Positions 1 through 12,547 of a DNA stretch of 64,000 bases are shown piece by piece. The DNA lies in NCBI RefSeq assembly GCF_006345805.1, contig NC_043013.1, positions 52,204,001-52,268,000 of the forward strand. The letters are read 5' to 3'. This stretch comes from Octopus sinensis. Its lineage: Eukaryota. The notes under the pieces were generated by a model, which made no database searches, was not told where the DNA came from, and saw only the letters and a program-made list of their open reading frames with translations. Made by a program: the position numbers and the translations under genes. The number at the start of each line of letters is the position of its first letter. Position 1 is the stretch's first letter.

Positions 1-227
1 TTGTTTTTACACATTGAAACTGCTTTCTCTGATAAATGTCATATCATATTCTTGCTTTTACTGATTCCATTCTTCATCCCCATCTTCTCATTCCTCTCTC
101 TCCCTCTCTTTCTCCTTACTGATGTCTTATTTCCCCCCTATTGTCATATCTGTCTACTTACGTCCATTAACGCCCCCTTATTCCCTCTGTTAATGTCTTC
201 TGTTCCCTTCTAATCTCTTCTTTCCAG

Positions 228-309
228 AGAACCCAATGAAGAGACCTTCAAGATTGATCGGCAATTTTTATGGGGCAGTGATCTGATGATCAGTCCAGTC
301 TTGAAACCA
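228..309 (+). CDS. GAA: Lysosomal alpha-glucosidase-like (GH31), internal coding exon; gene begins upstream of the window
   Basis: Pyrimidine tract + CAG at 225-227, donor GTAAGT at 310. Translates (x)EPNEETFKIDRQFLWGSDLMISPVLKP, matching the GH31 motif D-x-Q-F/L-L-W-G-x-x-L-x-I-x-P-V-L. Phase 2 in, phase 0 out. Confidence 0.92.
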
Positions 310-811
310 GTAAGTCATTTTGTTTTTATTGAGGGTGGATGATGGAATATTTTTATTGAGGCCATAATATCTTTATTCAGGGTGAGTAGTGAAATGCCAG
401 CAAAGCATGAAACAAAATTTTTTGTGTTATTTTGTTCACCCCTCTACAATCTGAGTTCAAATTCCACCCCAAATCCTATTTTCCTTTTGTTTTTCAGAAG
501 TCAATAAGTACTCAGGTAGTCATTTTTACTGTATATCTCATCATCACTTTTTTTTTAGCTGGTGCCATGTAAAATGCACCCTGTTCGCTCTGTAAAATGG
601 TTGGGTTAGGAAGGGCATTGAGCTGTAGAAATCCTGCCAGAACAGACAATTGGAACCTGCTGCAGCGCTTCTAGTGTGCCAGCTCCTGTTAAACTGTCCA
701 GTCCATGCCACCATGGAAAGTGAATGTTAAATGATAATAATGATCTTCCATGCTGGCATGGGTTGCATGCTATGATAGGATCCAGTGTGCCCAAGGACTA
801 TATCTTACTCC

Positions 812-1043
812 AAAGCGGCGACCTGGCAGAAACGTTAGCATGCCAGGCGAAATGCTTAGCAGTATTTCGTCTGCCAATACGCTCTGAGTTCAAATTCCGC
901 CGAGATCGACTTTGCCTTTCATCCTTTCGGGGTCGATAAATTAAGTACCAGTTACGCACTGGGGTCGATATAATCGACTTAATCCATTTGTCTGTCCTTG
1001 TTTGTCCTCTCTGTGTTTAGCCCCTTGTGGGTAGTAAAGAAAT
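812..1043 (+). mobile_element. tRNA-derived SINE family A (intronic copy)
   Basis: Box A-like TGGCAGAAACGTT, box B GAGTTCAAATTCC, conserved body GACTTTGCCTTTCATCCTTTCGGGGTCGATAAATTAAGTACCAG. Many related copies across the window. Confidence 0.85.
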
Positions 1044-1898
1044 AGGACTACATCTTACTCCAATGTCTTGTTATGGCATTGCTTTTATGGCTGCATGGCT
1101 TTCTTAATGCCAACCATTTTCGAGTGTGGACTGGGTGTTCTTTCGTTCCACCTGCATCATTGAGTCCTCAGCTTGCAGGACTACAAGCCCTGGGGCTTCG
1201 TTCTGGGGATATGATGGAGTTGAACTATGAGAAGATGGGGTCAGTGCAGGTTCTTGTAGCGGGTCTGCATGGCTACTCACATCCAGCAGGGGAAGGGGGC
1301 AGAAAGAGAAAAGAAACAGTAGCAGCTACAGGGGATAGACAATGGCGATGAGGTGCCCAGACGGCCCCACGAGGCACAAGGTGGGCTGAAGAATTGGTTT
1401 GCAATCTGTGTATATTTGTATTCACAATGTTTGTATACATTTATACGTTTGTATATACACGTATAAATGTACACATGTATATGTTCGTGCACACCTGTGT
1501 GTGTGTACATCATTACCATCATCATTTAATTCTGTTTTCTATGCTAGCATGGGTTAGACTGTTTGATAGGGGCTGGCAAGGCTGGAAGCTGCACAAGGCA
1601 CCAGTGTCTGTTTTGGTATAGTGTTTACAGTTGGGTGCCATTCCTAATGCCAACCACTTTACAGAGTGTACTGGGTGCTTTTTACATGGCGCCAGCACCA
1701 GTGCTTTTCATGTGGTACCAGCATCAACAGGGTCACCAAGTACATTGCAAGACAAAAACCCCTAAACTGGGAAGGGGGTTGGGCAGTATTGAAGGTGTGG
1801 GGTTTTGTGGCAGTTGAGAGTTTAAAGGTGTAGAGGGACATTTACATGTGTGTGTATGTATGTACATAATTCTAATATGTTTGAATTTCTTCTCGCAG

Positions 1899-2080
1899 AA
1901 AACATTCAGTACCAAAGCCTACTTTCCCAAAGGTTTATGGTATGACTTCTACACTGGCAACATGATTAGTTCAGCTGGCCTCTACATGTTTCTTGATGCT
2001 CCATGGGACAAGATTAACCTACATGTTCGTGGAGGTGCAATCATACCAACCATTGAACCTGATGTCACTACTACAGCATC
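1899..2080 (+). CDS. GAA: GAA-like coding exon
   Basis: CAG at 1896-1898, GTGAGT at 2081. KTFSTKAYFPKGLWYDFYTG...LDAPWDKINLHVRGGAIIPTIEPDVTTTAS carries the GH31 YFP-WYD and INLHVRGG motifs. Phase 0 in, 2 out. Confidence 0.95.
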
Positions 2081-2256
2081 GTGAGTTGCTTTACTTTTTT
2101 TCCTTTCCTCTAATTGAGAATTTCAGGAGTTTAGTTCAGCCAGGAATTGGTAGATAATATATATGTATACATACACGTATATGTTAGTGTGGGTATGTGT
2201 CTATATATATATATACATGTCTGTAAAATAATATGTGACAATTATTCAGTAGCCAA

Positions 2257-2317
2257 GATAAAACTCTGAGTTTCGGTTGCTGAGGTGGAAATCCACACCA
2301 CCATCTCTTTGGTTATC
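2257..2317 (-). ncRNA. Degenerate hammerhead motif
   Basis: Reverse strand: gataa-CCAAAGA-gatg...caacc-GAAA-ctcagag-TT-ttatc. Stem I perfect and stem III palindromic, but the core is mutated. Confidence 0.45.
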
Positions 2318-2431
2318 TGGCCAGATAACTGGCTATTGAATAATTGTCACATATTATTTTACAGATAAATTCCTCTATTTACATAATACTGAGGTCTCTT
2401 TCATTCTTTTGTTATCTTACCGTTTTTACCA

Positions 2432-2462
<31 letters not shown>

Positions 2463-2612
2463 ATATATAGGTAAACAATTAAAAATGCTTCATAATCTCT
2501 ATGACAACCATAGCAATATATTTTAATGAATCTAGAATTAATTAGTTTGTTTCTCCAATTGTTAAAATTGTTGTCTGTTTGGAATGTTATTTTCTGTTTT
2601 ACTGTTTTACAG

Positions 2613-2701
2613 GAGAAAGAAGAAATTTAGTTTATTTGTTGCTGCTGACAGTAACGGCACGTCGAGAGGGGAACTTTTCTGGGACGATGGAGAAAGTTTC
2701 G
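2613..2701 (+). CDS. GAA: GAA-like coding exon
   Basis: AG at 2611-2612, GTAGGA at 2702. (S)RKKKFSLFVAADSNGTSRGELFWDDGESF contains the GELFWDDGES motif. Phase 2 in, 1 out. Confidence 0.95.
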
Positions 2702-2769
2702 GTAGGAGACTTATTTTGCATATATATATTGAGAGTTGAAATAAGATGGTCATTATTATTATTATTATT

Positions 2770-3283
2770 GAGTGAGAGAGCAGTTCATGCCATCAAAGTG
2801 ACACTAGGGTAAAATATACAAAGCCGATTATACCCATCATGACTACCCGATTGATAAGGGTACACCAGGCACATGCATCACAACCATATGTGCGCGACAT
2901 GGTGATCTCATATCAAGATAAACAGCACATGACCTTGCAGGTGGGGTCCAGTTAGAATTTTCTTCGGGTTGAGTAGCCCATCCCGCTCAAACGGTCCCTG
3001 AATAAGGGTTGTTTAAGGATGTTGAAAGAACCACCCATGTTTCCAGAGGTGAATTATTCAAACCCCAAAGAATCCCTCACAACACATGGCTATGATGCTC
3101 CCCCACTACTTCTGCTCGTGATCAGAGATGCACATATCGTCAGCCACTAAGGGACATGCTCAACTGGTTAAGGTCAAACGACTGACAAGCAAATCTATTG
3201 TATTGAGCAGAATATTTGCTGTAGCCCATCTTTTATACCAAGACAAAACAATGTACATGATAACACTTCCAATTAGTTAAGCC
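2770..3283 (-). mobile_element. (TAA)n-associated interspersed repeat, copy 1
   Basis: Near-identical to 29707-30170 and 34411-34961. Shared fixed end GAGTGAG abuts (TTA)n; the other end is variable. Confidence 0.85.
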
Positions 3284-3307
3284 CTTATTATCAGTGTTGT
3301 TGTTATT

Positions 3308-3338
<31 letters not shown>

Positions 3339-4025
3339 TTATTATTATTATTACTTTTAATCTGCATGAGTGTTACAATCATTTGCTGAGATACACCCTG
3401 CGTCCTAGGGTGAGTGAAGGAAAAGAGATGTTATAATATGACTGAAAGCTTGGGGAGGGGAAGTAGCAGGGCTTCATGTAATACAACATGTACATTTAAA
3501 TTGATATTATTATTATTATTATTATTTCTCCTTTAAGTGGTGCAACTTTGATGCATTTTGCAATTTTGTGCCAGGAGCCATCCTCATCATTGTTTAATGT
3601 TCTTTTTCCAAGCTGGTGTGGGTCAGATGATTTGACAGGACCCAGCAAGCCAGGGGACCGTGTCAAGCTCCGATTACTGCTCTGACCTGGTTCCTATGGC
3701 TTGATGCCCTCCAGAATGCCAACCGTTTTACAGAGTGTACTGGTTAATTTTTACATGGCACCGGCACTAGTGAGGTCATCAGGTAATTCACAAGACAAGG
3801 CCCCTCGACTGAGTGGGGTGTAGTATAAGGGAGGTGGCTTTGTGCCAGGCGATGAGAGGTTAAAGTGTGAATAGAGGGATAGAAACAAGTGACCCCTGTT
3901 CGATAAGGCGAGAAAATGGTGAAGATATGACAGGTGTGGTTGTATGGTAAGATGTTCACTTCCTAAACTCGTGGTTTTGGGTTCAGTTCCAGTTTTTGGC
4001 ATCTTAAGCATGTATCTTTCGCATA

Positions 4026-4445
4026 GGCGTAGGAGTGGCTGTGTGGTAAGTAGCTTGCTTACCAACCACATGGTTCTGGGTTCAGTCCCACTGCGTGGCA
4101 CCTTGGGCAAGTGTCTTCTACTATAGCCTTGGGCCGACCAAAGCCTTGTGAGTGGATTTGGTAGACAGAAACTGAAAGAAGCCTGTCGTATATATGTATA
4201 TATATATATATATGTATGTATATGTGTATATGTTTGTGTGTCTGTGTTTGTCCCCCCAACATCGCTTGACAACCGATGCTGGTGTGTTTACGTCCCTGTA
4301 ACTTAGCGGTTCGGCAAAAGAGACCGATAGAATAAGTACTAGGCTTGCAAAGAATAAGTCCTGGGGTCGATTTGCTCAACTAAAAGCAGTGCTCCAGCAT
4401 GGCCACAGTCAAATGACTGAAACAAGTAAAAGAGTAAAAGAGTAT
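4026..4445 (+). mobile_element. tRNA-derived CORE-type SINE family B (full length, intronic)
   Basis: tRNA-like head GGAGTGGCTGTGTGGTAAG...GGTTCAGTCCC, CORE-like ACCTTGGGCAAGTGTCTT, internal (TA)/(TG) tract, 3' (AGAGTAA)n tail. Confidence 0.85.
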
Positions 4446-4924
4446 AGCCTCATGCCAGCCAAAACCTGTAAGTGGATTTGGTTGATAGAAACTAAAAGAT
4501 GTGTGTGTATGTGCACGCGTGCACACGAGTGTCTGTTTGTCTCCTCGAGTGTCTGTTTGTTCCCCCCCCCCTTCAAACTGCTTGATAGCTGGTGTTGGTT
4601 TGTTTACATTCTTGTAACTTAGCAGTTTGGCAAATGGCATTGACAGAATAAATACCAGGTTTAATAAATAAGTGCAGGAGTTGATATGTTTGACTAAACC
4701 CGTTTAAGGTGGTACTCCAGCATGGTCACAGTCCAATGTCTGAAACAAATAAAAAAAATGAGGATCCTACAGAGGTGATGGTCACTGCACTCTTCCCCGT
4801 CTCGGTTAATTAATCGTAAATAAAGCAATATATTTATACTGTATATCTGTATCTTTTGCCATCATTACTTTTCCTGTTTTTTTTGCACTCTGACCAATCC
4901 TTCTTCCCCATCTCTCTCTTGCAG

Positions 4925-4974
4925 ATACAGTGAAGACTGGAAAATACACACATTTAGTGTTCACGGGAGCACAA
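4925..4974 (+). CDS. GAA: GAA-like 50-nt coding exon
   Basis: Long pyrimidine tract + CAG at 4922-4924, GTGAGT at 4975. (D)TVKTGKYTHLVFTGAQ. Phase 1 in, 0 out, which exactly bridges the neighbouring exons. Confidence 0.88.
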
Positions 4975-5235
4975 GTGAGTTTGAATTTCTTTTTTTTCTA
5001 TCTTGTCCTGTCCCTCCTCTAAACATACACACATATATATGTAGTGTGTGGGGCTAAAATCTACAAATTTCTTCTGTAGTATTGAAAGTAAACACTATTA
5101 ACAAACCTGCAATTTATTTAATCAAATTATCTGTTAAGCATGTGTTACATATGCAGATCAATCTAAGTTATTTTCACAAACCTCCAGTAATAATGGGTAT
5201 ATAAGTGGAGTTTTGTAGATAGTTAAAAAGGGTGC

Positions 5236-5283
5236 TCAACTGCTGATGAAATCTCAGTATGGGATTGAAACTAGTCCAGGTGA
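5236..5283 (+). ncRNA. Minimal type I hammerhead ribozyme motif
   Basis: tcaactg-CTGATGA-aatctc(agtat)gggatt-GAAA-ctag-TC-caggtga. Intact core, 6-bp stem II, palindromic CTAG stem III, GUC site, stem I 6/7 paired. Confidence 0.75.
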
Positions 5284-5637
5284 TTCCTCTTTCTCTGTCT
5301 ACAGAAAGATTGTATATAACGACAAAGTATTTACATGTGTCTATACCATAGAGTGTTGACTAAAACCTACAGATATACTCTGATGGGTCTGGTTCAGAAG
5401 AGGTGGTCAGTAGGGAAAGTAGAATGTCATTTAGACTCAGGTCTATGCTTCGTCAATGGAGGTTAGGTTGCCAGGATGAAGATGTAGGTTGTAAGACCCA
5501 AGTAGCGTGTGATGCCAGGAGACACAACATTGACGATGTGTACTAGTATTGCATCCATAGATGTATGATGAGCTACAAATACTTTGTGTGTTAGTGTATG
5601 CATGCATAAGTATATATATGTGTGTGTATAATATATG

Positions 5638-5673
<36 letters not shown>

Positions 5674-5714
5674 CTCTCTCTCTTTCGGAGAGGCACTGAG
5701 CAGCTATACGCACA

Positions 5715-5865
5715 CATACACACACGGCAGTAACTTCCGCCTACCGAATTCAATCACAAAGCTCCGGTCGGCTCGGGGCTATAGTGGAAGACACCTGCCC
5801 AATGTACCACGCAGTGGGACTGAACCCGAAACCATGTAGTTAGGAAGCAAGCTCCCTAACCACAT
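5715..5865 (-). mobile_element. SINE family B 5' part, reverse orientation (intronic)
   Basis: Reverse complement of family B head and core. Confidence 0.75.
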
Positions 5866-6121
5866 TTTGGAATGGTCATTTTACCAGTTTATATATATAT
5901 AAACTTACTTGGAAGAAGAATATATATATATATATTATTATATATCCATACTTAGTTATCATGTTAGTATAATCCCTAGCAGGGTTTCTGTACTGTATAG
6001 GAGATAATAGCTTTGGTCTCTTGGACACTTTTGTCAACTACTCGATAATTCTTTCAGTAATATTATAAAAGCAACTATTTCCTTGATATTCTTCTATCAT
6101 GAAAATTTCCCACCATCTCAT

Positions 6122-6178
<57 letters not shown>

Positions 6179-6464
6179 CACACACACACCATATGTATGT
6201 ATATATACATATGTGTGTGTGTGTGTATGTGTATATACATGTAGATATATATATATATACATACATGTGTGTGTATGTCTATTATATACGAAATATGTGG
6301 AGGCAGCACAGGTCTGGAGGGCATAATTGAAACATGCACCAAAACTTATATAAATATATATTTCGATAAAATAGAAATAAAATTACAAATACACAAATAT
6401 TAATGCTCCGTCCAACCCATGCTAGCATGGAAAACGGACGCTACGATGATGATGATGATGATGA

Positions 6465-6507
<43 letters not shown>

Positions 6508-6674
6508 ATATATATGAAATTGGTGATTCACTCTGTCATGTCTCAAAATTCCTCATTCACGCATGAGAACAACCAGATTCAGGTAAATAAATATACTTTA
6601 CAGCAAGTACTGAGTGCACTTCCCATTTGTTAAATCAAATACACACACATGTAGACATACATACATGTATGTAT

Positions 6675-6726
<52 letters not shown>

Positions 6727-6892
6727 CACATTTATGTATATGTATACAAACACACACACATACATACAGATATATATACACACACTCATACATACACACA
6801 TAGATACATACACAGATATGTACACACACACACATGCTCTGTTGTCTCCACCAGTTGTTTTACTGTGTCTCCTGAATGTTATTTACTTTCAG

Positions 6893-7045
6893 AACAATGT
6901 CACCAGTGAAGTGCTGGCGTCTGGTTACTCTCCACCTACTGAACTCTATCTTGGACATGTTTTGGTCTGTGGTGTTGCCAAGGGGCCACACCAAGTTCTT
7001 GCAAACTCTAAGCCAGCAAAATTCATGTGGTTTCCTAATTCACAG
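6893..7045 (+). CDS. GAA: GAA-like coding exon (153 nt)
   Basis: TTTCAG acceptor, CAG|GTAAGT donor at 7046. NNVTSEVLASGYSPPTELYLGHVLVCGVAKGPHQVLANSKPAKFMWFPNSQ resembles the distal beta-sheet domain (vertebrate VLGVATAPQQVLSN). Phase 0/0. Confidence 0.9.
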
Positions 7046-8315
7046 GTAAGTTGATTATAGCCTCCTCATCCCCTTCATCCTCATCATCATCATCACCATT
7101 AATGACCTGACAAGAGAAACCTCTCTGTCGTTGCTTGACTTTATAGAAATAGCAGCCAGATGTTCCTAAAATTGAAGGACATATCAGATAATGTAATCTT
7201 ACTTGTACTTTAAAGGATGGGATGGTCACATTTGGAATGCTTTTGGTGAAAGTATAAATAAAGGTCTGCTCAATAATAGCTGACCTAGAGTTAAAGAACA
7301 ACAACGTCATCATCATCACAGTAATTATTATCATCTCCTAATTTAATTACTTTGATTAGTTTCATATCTTTAATGAACTCATTAACCTCTTTATACGATT
7401 CTATCACCTTGCTGCCTCTTGACTCTTGAGAGGATGTGCTGTGGACGTTTTGGACAAAAGTCTTTTATTGACCAATGCCATGTGAGTGAAATTAGGACAG
7501 AGGGAAACTGTAATGAAGCCTGTCAGTTGGATTGTACACACAATTCAGAGGTGCAGCATTGTCACACACACTGTCAGATGCATTCGAGCTGAGCATTGCA
7601 TTAAGGGTACCCATGTCTGTGAAATACCCAGCCAGTTATATCTGGTTAGAAGATTAAGTTTTTTTGTTCTTAGAGCCTTAACTTAAAGTATAAATTTCTT
7701 AAGTAGGAAACTTCTCTATTTTTGGCTGAGGAAATTCCAGAGAGATGACATTCTGGGATGAATGACTAGGCGTTATGGTTAGTAGAGGTGAGAGGTGGTT
7801 TGGACATACTAAGGATGCCAAGAGGTGGCAGATAAAATTTGGCCTGCTTTTGGTAAAAGACTTGAGCAGTGAGTTCCAATAGAGTGAAAGGAGGAGGAGA
7901 TAGATATGGTTAGATCATTGGATCTCAACCATTCTTTTAATCTATGGACGCCATTGATTTCTATTCTGTTATGGTAAACCTCTAGAACCACTTGAAGTTT
8001 AAAAACTAATTTTATATTTAATTCTTTCTAAATTCCTATTTTGTAAATAAAATGGTTGTCATTAGGAAGGGTCTCCAGCTGTGAAAACCATGCCGAAACA
8101 TACCTCACTGGTGCAGGTGCCATGTAAAAAGCACTCAGTCCCCTCTATTAGAAAGAGCATCCAGCTGTAGAAACCTGCCAAAACAGACAGGAAGCCACCT
8201 GGTGTAGCTCCTGTCAAACCATCGAATTCATGGAAAATGGACGTAAACTGATGATGATGATAATTTGTGTAGTTTGAACTATGTAGAATGTTAGAGAAAA
8301 AAAATCTTGACACAA

Positions 8316-8685
8316 GAGTGGCTGTGTGGTAAGTAGCTTGCTTCCCAACCACCAGGTTCAGTTCCACTGCGTGGCACCTTGGGCAAGTGTCTTCTACTAT
8401 AGCCTCGGGCCGACCAATGCCTTGTGAGTGGATTTGGTAGACGAAAACTGAAAGAAGCCCGTCGTATATATGTATATATATATATGTGTATATGTTTGTG
8501 TGTCTGTTTTTGTTCCCCCAACATTGCTTGACAACTGATGCTAGTGTGTTTATGTCCCCGTAACTTAGTGGTTTGGCAAAAGAGACCGATAGAATAAGTC
8601 TTTGGGTCGATTTGCTCGACTAAAGGCGGTGCTCCAGCATGGCCACAATCAAATGAATGAAGCAAAGAAAAGAGTAAAAGAAAGA
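8316..8685 (+). mobile_element. SINE family B (intronic)
   Basis: Same as 4026-4445. Confidence 0.85.
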
Positions 8686-8971
8686 ATAATAGAATTTTAT
8701 GCAATAAATACATTTAGATCAAAATGCTTTCTTGGACCCTTAAAATACTTCTGTGGGTCTCCAGTTTGCTGTTTTGTTTTTTTGCGGACCCTTAGAAATC
8801 TTATATGGAGCCCAGTTGGGAACCACTTGATTAGATAGATAGAAACATAGTTGGAAAGATATAGACAGATACAGAGATGCATAGAGAGAAAGAGAGAGAG
8901 AACGTCGCTTGTATATTATTGCAAGAACTTTGTAAACTTCCAATATATTTTTATATTTTGTTTCCTTGCAG

Positions 8972-9034
8972 GTTTTAAACATCACCAACATGGCCCTCAG
9001 CCTCACTCATCCATTCACTATTACCTGGAGCTGA
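8972..9034 (+). CDS. GAA: GAA-like terminal coding exon with stop codon
   Basis: TTGCAG acceptor. VLNITNMALSLTHPFTITWS* resembles the GH31 C-terminus (F-x-I/V-x-W). TGA at 9032-9034. Confidence 0.88.
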   Translation, partial: VLNITNMALSLTHPFTITWS

Positions 9035-9095
9035 TTCCTACAACACAAAAATGTATTATAAGAAGAATGAACCGAAATTAAATCTAAAAAAAAAA

Positions 9096-9105
9096 AATAA
9101 ATAAA
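9096..9105 (+). terminator. Candidate polyadenylation signals (overlapping AATAAA) for GAA-like gene
   Basis: AATAAATAAA about 60 nt after the stop. It lies in an A-rich tract, so it may be chance. Confidence 0.35.
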
Positions 9106-9483
9106 GAGAACGAGAGAGAAGGATTCTTAAGTAGAGGAGGGTAAAAGAACGTAAAAAAAAAAAGTATTCGTTAAAGGGAAACAATCGAGAATTTTATTTC
9201 TAGTTTGGAAGTGATCTCCCTTTAAATGTCTTCGTATCTAGCTATTCGAGACCTATATATATATATATATGTATATATGTATACGTACACGTTTTTTTGT
9301 CTACTGGACGCTTTTACTTTTCTAATTTTTTGTTAGCCATTTTTTCTCCGGAAACGTCAATACAGAAACATGTTGGAAATTAAAATTTGATTTTGAAATA
9401 ATTTCATGATTTGGAAAGTATTAAAATTGAAAGGGTTTTAATGGAAAAAAAATGTTTTATACCACTATTATCACACACACACA

Positions 9484-9514
<31 letters not shown>

Positions 9515-10110
9515 CATTCCTGCTGACATCAATATACACGTTTGAACATAGATATATAAATAAACATATACACATACATCAGTAAATGCCCACATGCACA
9601 CTTTCAAATTGTGTTCTACTACTACTACTACTACTACTACTACTAATTGGTTCTCATTTTTGAAAGCTGATGCTAGAAATAATAATAATAATAATAATAA
9701 TAGTAATAGTAATAATAAGGATTAGTGTTATATTTTTATTAGTGAGTTTAAATTCCACCAAGGCCAACTTTTGCATTTTCTTTCAGAGTAGATCAGATAA
9801 ATTAAGTACCAGTAATGTACCGGGGTTCTTACAGAGATATAAATAAACTACCCTGCTCCCCTCTCCCACCACAAAATGTGAGGCCTGAGCTCTTCTTAGA
9901 AACTATTATTATTGGTATTAGTATTGAGGTGATGAGCTGGCAGAATCGTTAGCTTTTTGTTTCTCTTTCTATTCTCAGTTCAAATTCCACTGAGGTTGAC
10001 TTTGCCTTTCATCCTTCTAGGGTTGATAGAATATGTACCAGTTGAATACTGGGGTCCATGTAATTGACTAGCACCTTCCCTCAGTTTCAGGCCTTGTACC
10101 TTTAGTAGAA

Positions 10111-10141
<31 letters not shown>

Positions 10142-10718
10142 ATACCTATAAGGCTGCAAGCTATTAGAATTGTTTGAGTATCAGGTAAAATGCCTTGCAG
10201 TGTTTGTTCTGGCCATTCCAATTCTGAGTTCTAATCCTGTCAAGGCCAGTTTTTCCTTTCATTATTTGAGGATCAATGAAATAAAGTACCAGTTAAGAAC
10301 TGGGGTTGACTGTATCAACTTAGGCTTCCCACTAAAATTGTTGCTCTTCTACTTAAATTGGAAACAATTTTCATTGTCATAAACCTAAAGTAAGATATTC
10401 ATATACTTAAACTTTATTTTGTTGTATCAAAGAATATGGAAAAATTTCCAAAAGGCATCCATCCACCACAAGCTAACTAACTTAACATTCATGAGTAGCA
10501 AACGTGCTTCTACAGAATTCTTACATTCTTTAATTCTATACACAAACTGACTTGGAGTAAAGATTTTTGCCAACATAATGTGGCAGTCCTGCTTTAGGAC
10601 GAATGTTGCTGTAATTTAGCCCCTGGAGACATTGTCTCCAGCTGGCTATATGACACGATCTGTGTCCTTATATTTTCGAAGAAGTGAATCTAGCACCCCA
10701 ACTCAGCTCAAAACACTA

Positions 10719-10763
10719 TCTGTGTATCACGATTTCTGGTTTATTTTCCTTCATCAGCACAGA
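10719..10763 (-). ncRNA. Minimal type I hammerhead ribozyme motif
   Basis: Reverse strand: tctgtg-CTGATGA-agg(aaaataaa)cca-GAAA-tcgtga-TA-cacaga. Perfect 6-bp stem I, near-palindromic stem III, weak 2-bp stem II. Confidence 0.6.
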
Positions 10764-11328
10764 ATAATTGTTCAGGTAGAGGTGGCGCTGCTAAATTCCC
10801 ATTAGAAATATATAGTTTTCAAAGTGACAACTAGTCACTGATCTATAAATTAGAAAATCACTATTTTTAAATCTCACAACAAGAGGTATTCAGCAACAGT
10901 ACTTTGGAGTAAACTGACTTATTGCTATTTCCCTACAACAGTTCAATGGTTATACTTAGAGGTGACATGTCTATACTTTTATACAAACATCAATGGTTAT
11001 CTATCTTTGTTAGTTAAGTTTGTAAGCTATGGACCAAACCTATTGCTAAGACAGTATTCTCATAAATTCTCGAATCTAGGTTCTCCATTGTTTTATAATA
11101 ATTGCTCAGCATTGGCTTGTTTATTACTCAGCTTCTACGTAGTCCTAGTAGGATAAAATGTAAGGCCATATATTACTAGTTAACCTATGAATTAGTACCT
11201 TGCCAACATGTGTCTGCATATTTCTCCTTCCTTTGCTTTGCTGCCTCTTAAGATAATACTGTGTGTGAGTGTGTCATTGTTTTTATGTATGTATGTTTGT
11301 GTGTATGTTTATGTATGTGTGTGTACGC

Positions 11329-11388
<60 letters not shown>

Positions 11389-12023
11389 GTGTATATTCAT
11401 TTATTCTTTTACTTGTTTCACTCATTTGTCTGTGACCATGCTGGAGCACCACCTTATATATATATATATATAATTATATTATTAAAGAGGAAGGATAGAT
11501 AAGCATTTATAGATGTAAGGAATCGTACAATTATAAATGTGAAGAGAAGTTGCATATATTTTATAGAATGTAAATTTGTCTTTACAGCTGTTTCAAAAAT
11601 TCAGTGAATGTTCGCTATTACACCATATATTATTCACTCAAAGTTTGTGTTTGTTCTTGCCAACTCTTATACTGCTGGACTACCTTACCCTGATAAATAA
11701 GTTGGAGTTTAAGAATTTCATTAGTCCAAGCACGGATTTCATGTTTATTTAGTCTGTGCTAGCACTAACATCTCCTCACCTACTATATATATATATATAT
11801 ACTCAGTTAAATATCAATGTTATTTACTAGTGCTTATATTCAGAATTTCCACTGGTCAATGACTTCATTATTCCACTACTAAGAAACTTTATTGTAACCC
11901 CTGAAGGGTTGGAGGTGGGGGTAATGAAAGTGGGTGATCTCTCTCTTCATATAATTATTATTAGACAAAAAAGGAAAGAAAAATGGCAGTTCTTATGTAG
12001 AGATGTGTATGTGATTGCATGTT

Positions 12024-12072
<49 letters not shown>

Positions 12073-12197
12073 TCGCATAAATACACAAACTCAGACATGT
12101 ATACATTCATACATTAGCATATTCATATATATATAAATATATAGTCAACCCATGCCAGCATGGAAAGTGAACGTTAAACGATGATATATATATATGT

Positions 12198-12245
<48 letters not shown>

Positions 12246-12492
12246 TATATATCACCCACACAGTTTGTGTGTGGATATTACACACACACATATATATTCG
12301 CACATATATACAACCTCTGATCCAAGATTTCAAAATCACTGCCCCCCAAAAAGCTTAGCAAATTAACAAATAAATAAAATAAATTAAATGTTTTCTGTCA
12401 AGTTTTTGTTTGTTTGTTTGTTTTATAATACTTTATCTGAACCTAGAATTTAAGACGTAGCTGTACCACAAAAGACTTTCATACTGAATATA

Positions 12493-12547
<55 letters not shown>

